From NCBI RefSeq assembly GCF_006345805.1, contig NC_043000.1, forward strand, positions 49,228,001-49,292,000: a stretch of DNA of 64,000 nt, read 5' to 3'. The notes beneath the pieces are model-generated. The model did no database searches and had not been told where the DNA came from. It saw only the letters and a program-made list of their open reading frames with translations. This document shows positions 12,149 to 24,189 of this stretch, piece by piece. Source of the stretch: Octopus sinensis. Its lineage: Eukaryota. The number at the start of each line of letters is the position of its first letter. The stretch's first letter is position 1. Both the position numbers and the translations under genes were made by a program.

Positions 12149-14269
12149 TTGTATACACGCACACACATTTTTATGCGTATCAGTATGCTTGTGTGTGTGA
12201 ATATATTATAAGAGCGATATGTGCGTGTTTGTGCGCGTATTTGTTCATGTATATCGTAATTTTTGCCTCAATTTCCACGATATAACAAGTACATATATAT
12301 TGTCTTGATTTCTCAGCTGAGAAATGTGAAACACCGAAACGTTAATCAACGCACGACCATTTTCGGGTCTGTACTATTTTATCATGGTTATCGTTTTTCA
12401 ATAATTTAAATATCTCTGCAGTTTGATAATATATCTGAAATACTAAAGAAGATATATATACCCAATTAACTTACATTTAGTAATATAATATGAAGATTAT
12501 AATCAATAATATATCATGTACCTTTTCGGAGATACATTTCATTTTGAAATATTATTTAACTTATTGCCAAAACAGTAGCAGCGTTCATCACCGTAAAAGA
12601 ATATTGCGGTTTGGTAGGTGATAATGGAAAACAGTTTGTCAAATAACAATTATCCGTAATGTGAAAAATATGTAGATAAAGATCATTTGACTATCGTTTT
12701 AATTTGTTGCGAAAATATTTTAGACAAAGGTGCCATACCATTAAAAAAAATTGATATTCACTCTTTGAAGTTAAGTTTTTGATTATCACTATATCTTCTA
12801 CAGATAATACATATATATATTTGGGATAATAACATGTCGGCATTGTTTCTTATCTTTAGAGAATAATTGACGAAGTTGTTCGATAATAACGAAAACATAT
12901 TTTCTCACTAATGTAAAAGTTTCTTTGTTGTAATGATTTTTTCACAAATATTGCAGAATCTACTTCTGACTTGGCAGTAGAGTGGACAGATATACGTTTG
13001 AATCTGTCCGTTTATCTAGCGTTGGAACTCGAGATGTAAGATTTCTTATCAAATAATCCAGTGAATTCCAAAGGGCTCGGTACCATTTCTCGTTGCACAT
13101 CATTTCCAATGAGAAATCAAGACCTAGTCGTTGGTGATGTTTGTTTGTTTGTTGTTTTTTTTTTACTTTTTTTGCTCAAATCCTATACTTCACTCTATGG
13201 CACGCGTTTATATATTCAACTACAGTGAAGGTTTCTGTCTCGCGCAAATGCCAGGTTGGAAGAGATGCAAGTCAAAACAAGTCAACAATTGTTTGGTGCG
13301 TAGACATGTAAATAAATTACGGACGTTGATTGGTATATATTTGGTCGATGACATAAGTGCCTGCTGATGGTGGTTTCATGTCAGAAAGAAAAAATATATA
13401 TGCATTTGTTAATATTCTATTCCATACATTATTGCGAAACAACATAAAAAAGTTTTGTTTATGATGTAATTCACGGTTATGAGTGTTGTTGTTGTTGTTT
13501 TATGTCAATAATATCAATGATGCATGTGACAGTTTCTGACAATATGGTTCCTAAAATAATTCAATTTTTACAAAGATGAACGGATCGATGGATCGATGGA
13601 TATGCCGTTCTGTCAGCGACAATTTAGTATTTTTACTATATCAAAAATTGCATTATCTAATGTTCTTTATATTATATGAGAACGCGATTTCATTTCAGCC
13701 ATTCACTACATGTTACACACCAATAATGATTTTTTACGTGGTTACAAGGCGAAATATTTCTGTGAAAATTAAGCAGTGAAATTCAACAAATTTTCATACT
13801 TGTTACTAAATTTTTGGCCACCGAAAGGCGTAAACAAACCTCGGTGGTGTTTTAAATTGCGTTCTTTTCAATGTCTGAGCGAGCTGGAGATTTGCTGGAA
13901 GCCACCAACAGTGCATCTGCACTTTGAACCATAATCTTTATACATCGTTTCCCATGACTGTTTTATTTTACTGATTAAACGTAAAAAACAACCGGCGGGT
14001 AATAACTTATAAAATATTTTCAAGTAAGAGTAAGAGCGAAGATGCTTTACTTTATGTTGTAAATAAGACTAAGATAATTTAAGTATGTGCACAGTGTTTC
14101 TCCAATAGTCAATACAGAAGGATTCAGATTAGGAACAAGACTAAGTATCCATTTAGTAAAGTTCCAGATCTTAAAATGCGTATTTCATACAATCAGCAAA
14201 AGTTTTCTATAGGTTCTATCTCCTCTTAAATTATATATGGCAGTTTATCGCTGCATGGATTTGAATTAG

Positions 14270-14523
14270 ACAGTTGCTTAGGAATACAAACGCCATCTAC
14301 ATGTATGCACATATATTACATGTGTGCACATGTAGAGAAGGGGAGAGAGAGAAAGAGCAAGAGGAAGAGAAAAGGAAAAATTGAAAAAAAGGATGGCATA
14401 TATAGATAGATCGATATGCACATGTATGTCTGCTAGTGCTGGTATATATATATTTGCACACGCACAAGCACACATATGCAGCATGTATGTATGTGTGTAT
14501 GTACGTACGAATATACATAACTG

Positions 14524-14562
<39 letters not shown>

Positions 14563-14921
14563 TATTACAAGCACGTTGTGAGTATATGCGTACATGTATA
14601 AATGATAATATATATATATATATACACACACACAAACACACACACACATATATATATATATTCACCAGTGGTTCGTGAGTGGTATCATCTCTTTTATTAG
14701 TAGCCATTGTTCCGTATAGAAACTTTCACGACTCGCATTCAACTCTTTTTGTTATATATGCCTTTATTATCCTATTGCGTGATATTGTCAACCATATACG
14801 TGCATGACACCTTTAGTTTGGTAGCATCACGACATCATGAATATATCTTCACTGCTGAATCTAACTGCGATAGGTACTTAAATTAATATCTAAAATATAT
14901 AGAGAGAGACTATGTATATAT

Positions 14922-14959
<38 letters not shown>

Positions 14960-15199
14960 CACATGCATGCATGTATATATGTATATATATGTATATATGT
15001 ATTATATGTACAACTTTTTGCTTGCTTTATTACCCTTTATTCACCTGTGTGTGCGTCTGTGTTCAAAATACCTTTTTCTAAAATATATTCCGGGTAGATC
15101 GATGCAATGATTAAGTTGCTATACACAAACACACACAAGTACATATACACACATACACACACATACACTCATATATGCATACATGCACACATATATATA

Positions 15200-15246
<47 letters not shown>

Positions 15247-15299
15247 ATATATATATATGTAGTTATATGAATATATTTATATGTACACACGTATATATA

Positions 15300-15340
<41 letters not shown>

Positions 15341-15479
15341 TCTTCCATTCATAGGGAAGCTAAATGTAATTTTAGATAAAAATATTATTAAAGCTAGATC
15401 AAAGTGAAGATAACCTTAATGTCTCTGTTAGAAATGTTTCTATCATATATATCATATATATATGTGTGTGTGCGTGTGC

Positions 15480-15520
<41 letters not shown>

Positions 15521-15626
15521 TGCATGTATTTTCCTATATGTGTATGATTCTTTGTGCGTGTGTCTATATGTAAGTATGGGGTCAATGAATGACGGTCCTT
15601 CTGTGCGTCTTTATGAGAATAAAGGT

Positions 15627-15671
<45 letters not shown>

Positions 15672-15760
15672 GTATGTATGTATATATTATGTATATGTAT
15701 ATATATGTATATTAACTTACGGTTATATATGTGTGGGTGTGTCTGTATGTGTATGGGGAG
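14270..15760. repeat. Cluster of (TA)n/(CA)n/(TG)n low-complexity microsatellites
   Basis: Direct inspection. It is the source of the many IYIYIY and HTHT ORFs. Confidence 0.9.
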
Positions 15761-15887
15761 AGAGAGAGACAGAGAGGTTGACAAAGAGATGAAGCGATGT
15801 ATATTAGTGTGAATATTAACATACGCAATTTTATAGCAGTCTGCATATTCGTATAGCAAACCACACGCCGTAGCAAGGAGCACGAGT

Positions 15888-15945
15888 CTACTACTACTAC
15901 TACTACAACTACTATTACTACTACTACTACTACTACTACTACTAT

Positions 15946-15976
<31 letters not shown>

Positions 15977-16081
15977 ACCGTAGAACTGCTGACGCTGTAC
16001 TACTACTAATTTACAACTTGTAGTTGTGACAGTTGTGTTAGTAGTAGTGGTAGCAGCAGCAGTTGTAGTAGTAGTAGCATC

Positions 16082-16131
<50 letters not shown>
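15888..16131. repeat. Inverted trinucleotide microsatellite pair: (CTA)n(CTG)n ... (CAG)n(TAG)n
   Basis: (CTA)n at 15888-15960, (CTG)5 to 15975, spacer, (CAG)3 near 16054, (TAG)n to 16131. Confidence 0.9.
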
Positions 16132-16682
16132 ATGTTGTTGTTGTTCCTGTTCACGATTCCTATCTTTAGCTGAAAGCCAGAAAAATTCGTCTATAGTTGA
16201 TTTAATCAAAACCAGTTCACTACTGGTATTTTTATTTTATCGATCTACGAATGGAGAAGATCAAAGTGAAAAGCCGGTAGAATTTGAGTTTTGAACCTGG
16301 CAGATATATCTAAATACCACGAAGCACTCCTTCTTAACACCCTTAAGATTTTTTTTTTTTTTGCTTTGTTGCTTTTGTTTTGTTTTTTTACTTTGTAAAT
16401 CATTCAGAATTATTAAGTTGAGGTATGAAAGAATGTTACGTCTTCCATAGTTGCGTTGATTAACGAGGAGAGTATGGGAAGTGATACGTGATTAACTGCA
16501 ATATACAAGAACATAATTATTTTGTAATCACCACAGGCAACTGTCCACACAACAGATCAATATACAGCCTAAGATAAAACTGAGGCTCGTGTGTCTACTC
16601 TTCATACGGCATAGGAATTTATCAAAATTTAATAACCTCACTAAATAATTTCTGACGAGTTATCTCATCATTAGTTTGCCCT

Positions 16683-16728
16683 GTGTGTGTGTTTGTGCGT
16701 GTGTGTGTGTGTGTGTGTATGTGTGTGT

Positions 16729-16765
<37 letters not shown>
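16683..16765. repeat. (TG)n microsatellite
   Basis: Direct inspection. Confidence 0.95.
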
Positions 16766-16768
<3 letters not shown>

Positions 16769-16946
16769 CTAAGGTAAAGACAAATTTCAAAGTTTATCCC
16801 ACCACTTTTACACTGCATTTTCTTCAGAAGGTACATCATTTCTCAGCTCAGGAAATTTTATTGATTCCTACTGATGTTGGAAGATGTATTCATAGTGATC
16901 CAACGTTTGTACTGTACATTAGCTAACTACTGCCATTATTATTATC

Positions 16947-17343
16947 ATCTACTAGCAGTATAGCCCGGCGTTCCTCGGGTTTGTTTTGACCCTTTAGAAT
17001 TGGAATTTTTGAGAAGTTAAAATTTTGCATTATGTAGCTTGTTATTCTCTTTAAACGAACATTTTTCTGGTTGAAAACCCACGAAAAATGGCGACACAGC
17101 AGTCAAAAATCGTAAAAAATAGGAATTTCCATAGAATAAAAGCACCTTTTTGATGTAAATAATTTTTGGTCTTAACATGGTCTGATTTGGATTTTTTCTT
17201 CTACGGAATAAAGAGCAAGCCTTCTTCTATCATACCCCCAATTTTGTTCAACTTACGCCGCAGGGTCTCGAAGGAGATACTGTTAGTTGAAGGCTACCAA
17301 AACTGCCACACACACAGACAACTTCAGCTTTATATATATAGAT
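16947..17343 (+). mobile_element. Non-autonomous Lep1/HINE-like Helitron (Helentron-type)
   Basis: Starts atctactagcagtatagcccggcgttcctcggg, with a short CCCGG...TCGGG hairpin. Ends (CA)n-gacaacttcagctttatatatatagat. These termini resemble the Lep1/HINE-type pattern (ACTAGC..CCCG at the 5' end; microsatellite plus CTTCAGCTTTATA..TAGAT at the 3' end). ATCTA/TAGAT form short terminal inverted repeats. Confidence 0.7.
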
Positions 17344-17344
17344 T

Positions 17345-17560
17345 ACTAACGACCCAACGAAGGAGCCTCCGCATCGCCGGCCTATCTGCTAGGAAATCAG
17401 TCCTATTTTCCTCAAATCATACCCACCTTATTTTCCTAGATGTAACTAGCTTGTATGTTAGTTTTGCAATGGATTTATTTAGCCCTGGAAAAAATCAGGA
17501 CGAACATGGTTGAAATGCTTTAATCCATTGGTTTCTTGATCAGAGCTGACAGGAGACTAA
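17345..17560 (-). mobile_element. Short interspersed repeat family E (unclassified), decayed
   Basis: Reverse complement has ttgtttagtctcctgtcagctctgatcaag and gatttgagg...ctagcag...gaggctccttcgttgg. It is similar to the copies at 40393-40577 and 44118-44287. Confidence 0.5.
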
Positions 17561-18625
17561 ACAAGATATATTACAGCTGTATCACCAAGTTTATCGCCAT
17601 GTATTATTTAATTGTTAGCCTGTTTACTTATGCTCGTTTTGATGCGATGCCTTTGTGAAAGTGTTAATACATATATATGTGCGTATGTTGGATAATAAGG
17701 CTCTTTTATATGTTTATTTCATTTGTATGTTGTAAAGTTTGATTACCAGATAAATATCGTCTCTTCTAACGATTTTTGTTTGCGTGCTGTGCTTAGTCCC
17801 AATGCTACTATGTTTCACAAAAACCATATGACATAAGCACATATCACTGTACGTAAGAGATATGTTAGTAATTGACGAAGTAGTAAAAGTTAACTTCTTA
17901 AATTTTCATTGCTAAGGACCACAAAAAGTGTAACATTTACAAAATCATACACATTTTAATCCGAGTGAATGGAACACCCATCCCAAGACAGACGAAATAG
18001 AAAATTTCAGAAATGGATAGGTAACATTGCATTTCAAATAATTCTAATAATAGTAAATGAACTAGCAATAATAATAATACAAATACATATAATCCTGATA
18101 TTCAAAATTTACAACATGCAACCAATTGCACTATTAGCCTCAATGCATATGTTATGCGCAACAAACACTATTATACGAAACATTGCACATAAACATGAGT
18201 GAATCTGGAAATATTTAAGGATCATGGAGGTAATCTTCATGGTACAAGCGATATAGGCAATGCTATGAAATACTGACGTTTAGAATAAAAACAAAAGGAC
18301 TAAAAGAAATTACTTCGTCGAGCGAGCGTTGTGCATAATACATACAAATAAGTAAATATCTGTCATACACATATCCACTATGGAAAGCTGAAAATTCCGG
18401 TTACCTGGGGGTATTTATCAAATTAATAGAGAAAATTTCCCTGAAAGTACATTTAGAAGAAAAGGAGAGGCAAGTTGAATAATCTAGGATCAATAAAGTG
18501 AAATTTGCGAAAATATTTAAAAACATTCTCTGCGGGGTGGATTTGATTTTTGTTCAAACCGGGGAATGAAACAGACGAGAATTGGTCTTTTTAGAACTCT
18601 TCAGCAAACATTCTCAGTTAGCAAT

Positions 18626-18628
18626 AAA

Positions 18629-18700
<72 letters not shown>

Positions 18701-19070
18701 CCTTTCTACTAAAGGCACAAGATCAGCATTTTGTGGGGAGGGGTTAAGTCGATTACATCGACCCAAGTGTTTAACTGGTACTTATTTTATCGATGTCGAA
18801 GGATGAAAGGTAAAGTCGACCTCGGTGGAATTTGAACTCAGAACGTAAGGACGAGCGAAATGCCTCTAAGCATTTTGCCCGGCATGCAAAAGATTCTGCC
18901 AGCTCGCTGCCTTAACAACAACAACAACAACAATAATAATAATAATAATAATAATAATAGACTAGACGAAGAGCACGATGCGACTGCAACAGATATTTTA
19001 TTGGTTGAACGATATTTCGACAGCAAGCCTGTCTTTGTCGAGTTCAAAATAAAAACTAATAATAATAAAA

Positions 19071-19135
<65 letters not shown>

Positions 19136-19180
19136 TGATAATAATAAAAATAATAATAACAACAGCAATAATAATAATAA
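18626..19180. repeat. (AAT)n/(AAC)n arrays hosting several insertions
   Basis: Arrays at 18626-18698, 18914-18959 and 19057-19180. Confidence 0.9.
18699..18913 (-). mobile_element. SINE family B, near full length, embedded in (AAT)n
   Basis: Reverse complement: aaggcagcgagctggcagaatc...cttacgttctgagttcaaattccaccgaggtcgactttacctttcatcc...gtgcctttagtagaaagg. The tRNA B-box-like motif GAGTTCAAATTCC is present. Confidence 0.85.
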
Positions 19181-19665
19181 TCGTCACCATTCTTTGGAAT
19201 TTCTGAATACAAACAGAAAAATTGACTCCAATCGACTAGGCATTGTGATCAAGGACTACCACAGAAGAACTTGTCTGTTAATGGATATGTCAGTCTCACA
19301 AGATCAAAATTTCTCAAGAATACAAAAAGCTTTCTCACTATAAATATCTACAAACTGAAATCACAAAAATTTGGAAGCTTAGTACTACGATAAAGCCAGT
19401 TGTAATTGGTGCGTTGGGAACGATAAAGAAGGGAACTGAGAAGTATATTAAGCAACTCCCTGGTAACTCCAATCTCCGTGAACTACAAAGATAACCTTGA
19501 TGGGCACAGACCATATAGTACGGAAAGCACTTTTCATCTAAAATGGAATAAATGTGGTGATAATTTTAGCATGCATAGCAAAACAAAAGTGCTCCTGCTA
19601 CTCTTGGCTTCTGGAGGATGCCCGGTACTAAGGCAACTGAAATAAAGTTATAATGAAAAGAAACC
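19181..19665 (+). mobile_element. 5'-truncated R4/Dong-type non-LTR retrotransposon (restriction-like endonuclease C-terminus plus 3' UTR)
   Basis: My frameshift-tolerant translation gives VTILWNF*IQT..DSNRLGIVIKDYHRRTCLLMDMSV...EYKKLSHYKYLQTEITKIWKLSTTIKPVVIGALGTIKKGTEKYIKQLPG...KITLMGTDHIVRKALFI*, with the stop at 19539-19541. This fits the RPD(I)V..D..K..KY RLE consensus. (AAT)n lies on both flanks. Confidence 0.8.
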
Positions 19666-19686
19666 ATAAATGATGAAGATGATGAC

Positions 19687-19729
<43 letters not shown>

Positions 19730-19731
<2 letters not shown>

Positions 19732-19830
19732 GCCTTCTTACTATAAGCACATCGACCCCAATGCTCAACTGGTATTTATTTTATCGACCCCGAAAGCATG
19801 AAAGCAAAGTCGACTTCGGTGGAATTTGAA
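19730..19830 (-). mobile_element. SINE family B fragment
   Basis: catcgaccccaatgctcaactggtatttattttatcgaccccgaaagcatgaaagcaaagtcgacttcggtggaatttgaac matches family B. Confidence 0.7.
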
Positions 19831-20274
19831 CGTGTGTGTGTGTGTATACGTTAATATTCTGTTTAGTACAATACATCTATGCTCGTTTGTCATGGGAATT
19901 TGATTCCCCTCAACCAAACACACACACAGTAAAAACCCACGGTGTTAAATGAATCAGTGATAAATGCATAATAGAACATACGGGGAAAGTAGGCTTCGTT
20001 CAGAGATTTCAAGTTGTTTCGAGCATTATGGATAGTCGTTAGATCGTATTTTTGCAATTCTATGATAACTGAGTGAATGTTAAACGAGGATATATGCATT
20101 AATCAAATAATTGACTTTTAAAATAAAATTATTTTTGAATAGCAATATGTGCATCGAACTTAAAGCAGATACATCGTTGAAAGTCTAATAACTGCAATAT
20201 ACTTTTTGGTGAAATTCATAGGTTCTCTAGTTGTTGTTGCGGTTGTTTTACTTCATTTATACCATGAACATAAG

Positions 20275-20430
20275 GCACTGATAAAGCCGTGTGCTAAAAC
20301 GTTTTCTTCCCAACCACATGGTTCCGCGTTCAGTTCCACGGCGTGGCACCTTCATTATGTGTCCTTCTATAGCTTCGGGCTGACCCAAACCTTGAGAGTG
20401 GATTTGGTAGACGGAAACTCAAGAAGCCTG

Positions 20431-20511
<81 letters not shown>

Positions 20512-20735
20512 CGTGTGTGAGCGTTTGTGTGTGTGCATTTGGGTTTTTCCCCCACCGTTACATAACCGCTGGTGTTGGTGTGTTTACGCTCCCATATCTT
20601 AGCGGTTTGGCAAAAGAGACCGATAGTATAAGAATCAAACTTAGAAAAATAAGTACTGTGGTCGACTAAAGATTCTTGAAGGTGCTGCCCCAGCATAGCC
20701 ACAGACTAATGACTGAAACAAATAGAGGATAAAAA
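20275..20735 (+). mobile_element. SINE family A with central (TG)n, diverged
   Basis: Contains cccaaccacatggttccgcgttcag...gtggatttggtagacggaaact, then (TG)n, then gcggtttggcaaaagagaccgatag...ccccagcatagccacagactaatgactgaaaca. Confidence 0.85.
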
Positions 20736-21039
20736 CCAATGTTGCACGTGACCAACTTCATTCTTGAATATGATTTTCAAAGTGCTATTGAAGTTGGTGG
20801 AACATCGAAAAAAATCATTATGACATTTCATTCGTTCCTTTACCGTCTGACATCAAATCCTACCCATGTCTACTTTGCCTTTCGTCCTTCGAAGTCGATT
20901 AAAATATATTAGAATATAATATTTTCTTATTAAAATAAGTAATGCAATCGTTGTAACTGACTATACCGTTGAAGTGGGTACACCATCATTTCTACTGCCC
21001 AGTGACAGGGAATTGTTTTATCTTTTTTTTTTATTTTAA

Positions 21040-21988
21040 AATAGGATAAGCCATTTGAGATATTGAAGGCCATTCAAAGTAGACCTCACACATGGTTCCA
21101 GCAAAATGGGGCAATTGCTCATACCGCACGAGAAAAGATGCAGTTGCTATGGCAGGCAGTTCATTAGAGAGAAAATAATCTCCCGCTACGGCAATGTCAA
21201 TTGGCCTTCATGTTCCCTAGACTTGACTAGCCCGGATTTTTTCTTGTGGGGATACCTAAAAGAGAGGGTTTACGTCAACAAACCGGAGACCCTGGTGCAA
21301 GTGAAGGAGAACACCAATAGAGAACTCAGAGACGTGGGGGTTTGAAACTCTTCAGGGTGTTATGGTTCAAGTTTTGCAAAGAGCACGGGCTTGCAAAGCA
21401 GAAAATGACTGCCATATAAGCGATGTCATTTTCCATGTGATGTAGTGATGTTGCAAAATTTAACTTGTGTAAATTAATTTTCATTATGTCCTTTACATTG
21501 TACTCTTTTACTTGTTTCAGTCATTTGACTGCGGCCATGCTGGAGCACCGCCTTTAGTCGAGACTTATTCTTTGTAAGCCCAGTACTTATTCTATCGGTC
21601 TCTTTTGCCGAACCGCTAAGTGACGGGGACGTAAACACACCAGCATCGGTTGTCAAGCAATGCTAGGGGGACAAACACAGACACACAAACACACACACAC
21701 ATACATATATATATATACATATATACGACAGGCTTCTTTCAGTTTCCGTCTACCAAATCCACTCACATGGCATTGGTCGGCCCGGGGCTATAGCAGAAGA
21801 CACTTGCCCAAGATACCACGCAGTGGGACTGAACCCTAAACCATGTGGTTGGTTAGCAAGCTACTTACCACACAGCCACTCCTGCGCCTATATCCTTTAT
21901 ATTGTGTCAAAATGTCATGCATTTACCTGTACAGTTAAGGAAGTTATTAAAAATTGAAACCCATCAGTGACTTTTGGGACACCCTGTA
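21040..21988 (+). mobile_element. Tc1/mariner (DD41D rosa-like) transposon, 3' part with right terminal inverted repeat, interrupted by a SINE
   Basis: WFQQNGAIAHTARE...WPSCSLDLTSPDFFLWGYLKERVYVNKP. The second-D to third-D codon spacing is 130 nt, against 126 nt expected for DD41D. It ends ttttgggacaccctg|ta (21972-21988), i.e. a CAGGGTGTCCCAAAA-type terminal repeat plus a TA target. No left terminal repeat was seen. Confidence 0.8.
21502..21888 (-). mobile_element. SINE family A, near full length, nested in the mariner with a 17-bp TSD
   Basis: Head ggcgcaggagtggctgtgtggtaagtagcttgc. TSD tatgtcctttacattgt (21485-21501) versus tatatcctttatattgt (21889-21905), with 2 transitions. Confidence 0.92.
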
Positions 21989-23271
21989 TATGTGGTTTAA
22001 CCTGTGCACATATAACGTTATTTTAGATCATACTGAAATTCATGTTCAAAAATATATTATTCATTAGAATAAATTATATCATTCTATTAATATTTGCTTG
22101 TTTTCCTCACTGTTAAGCCCCACATCAACCCTTACAAAGCCGTTCTTTTCCTTAGAGACTACATTGTCTAATGTATTACACTTTCTTTTGGACGACTGGG
22201 ATTTAAAGATTATTTAGCTTTCGCAAACAACCAAATCTAGAAGTCGCATTGAGGTTCACACTTTTTCCCGTTTAATTCTACTTGTTTAGAGTTTCTCAGT
22301 GAAGTAAAATGCCAAATTGAATCCATTATAATTTGAACTCAGAAACAAATAAGCAAAATCGTTGTAATGAAAAGATCTGATAAGGAAACATTTTTCTGCA
22401 TCATTCGCCATTTCTACCGTTTTGGAATTGTAAAACAAACACAGGAAGAATATATTAACTTCAGCTAACATAACATGTATAAATTGTCGTATATCTATGA
22501 AATCAATTAAATAACTATAAACGATGCAGTGTACATATCATTAGCATCTCTTTCTCCCCCCCTCTCTCTCTCTCACTCTTCACCACTTTCTCGCTCTCAT
22601 TCTATCTCATTCTCTTTCTCCCTATTTCTCCCTTCCACTTAATATATGTGTACATATATGTATGAGTGTGTTTGTGAGACTGCAGTACTTATGTATGTGT
22701 GCATGTGCATTTGTCTCTATGTGTTTTTTTTTAAAGCTACTTGAATGGCAAATGGATAAATAGGAAACAAAATCAGATGAACTCTGTTTTACCTTGTCAG
22801 TCAAAAAGAAAATATAGTTCAACTAAAGAAGATCTTTGTCGCTTTCACTCAACTTTCGGCATTTCATGGCCTTTTAAAAATATTTCGATAAAATACGCAT
22901 TGCAAATATTGTGACGTCATACTAAAACTGTAATATCAAAATGACATTCAATCGCGTTAAACTGCGGTTTTTCAAATTTTTAGATCTTGTTTCTTTGTAG
23001 TAATTTTTGCTGTTGTTGTTGTATTTTTTTTATTTAAAAGAGTTCAGTTGTTGCTTTGAATCGGAAAAAAAAATTTAATATATGTTTATTGCTTTCTATT
23101 TCATGTCGCTATACTTTGCACCATAGAAATGAAATAACTGAGGTCGATGATCATGATTTCAAATAGACATTGTTCTGCGCTTCTAATTTCATTTATATGA
23201 CGGAAATTGACACCAGAACACCTGGCGATATTAGCTATGAAACTCCGAGATCTTATGTAGGTGGTGAGGTA

Positions 23272-23293
23272 TCTCTCTCTATCTATCTATCTT

Positions 23294-23358
<65 letters not shown>

Positions 23359-23366
23359 TTCTCCCT

Positions 23367-23415
<49 letters not shown>

Positions 23416-23430
23416 TTTTCTCTCTCTGAT
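23272..23430. repeat. Compound (ATCT)n/(TA)n/(CT)n microsatellite
   Basis: Direct inspection. Confidence 0.95.
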
Positions 23431-23439
23431 GATGATGAT

Positions 23440-23738
23440 AGTTACAACGATGAGACTTCCAATTGATTCGATCAACGGAAAAGACTGCTCGTGAAATTAA
23501 CGCGCAAATGGTTGAGCACTTCACAGACCCGCGTACTCTTAACGTTGTTCCCAGGCAGATTCAGCGTGACATAGAATGTAACAAGGCTGGCTCCTTAAAT
23601 TACAAGAAAACTCACTTTTGCTCGCTGGCCAACGTGAAATACAGTTTCTGGCTCAAGAATACAACGCGCCATCGGTTATCGAACTCACTACCTCAGGATC
23701 GTGAGCTGAATTCTCTAACCACAAAGTCATACGCCTTC
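23440..23738 (-). mobile_element. SINE family C (tRNA-like head plus tail X), diverged
   Basis: Reverse complement has a tRNA-like head gaaggcgt...gtggttagag...gagttcgataacc. Its 3' module gtcacgctgaat...ttaatttcacgagcag...ccgttgatcg is shared with 29943-30132. Confidence 0.75.
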
Positions 23739-24189
23739 GATGGAGAATAACACTTCTCCGTTTAACACTGAAAAGCCTGTGCTACATGTTCGGATATATT
23801 TTTCTTTTTCAAAGAAAGTTACTTCAGGAAAAACGGGGCTAATTCTTATGGTATGATGCACCCTATACGATTCAACATAATAACATTTCAGAACTTAAAT
23901 GCAGCACATTTCCTAAAACACTATTAAATACATATACAAAATATAGACTGCGTATAAATTTAAAACACATATGAGAATGTATTTGAAAAAAAAAGGAAAA
24001 TAATGGATCGTGAAGAAGAAAAAGAAACACCGATCAAAAGGGACGTGTATCACAGAAATGTCATAAATGTAAAACAAAACAGATTAGGTTTATCCGTAGA
24101 AAGAAAAGCCTACGGAAAAGACCACGGTAACCTCGAGTAATAGTGTCATGCAAAATCACTTTACAGTAAGTGACTCTCCTTGTTTCCTT

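Noticed and set aside
13819-13850. ccaccga...tcggtgg hairpin enclosing a GTAAACA forkhead-like motif
   Set aside because: A 7-bp stem and a 7-bp motif are not significant in 64 kb without conservation data.
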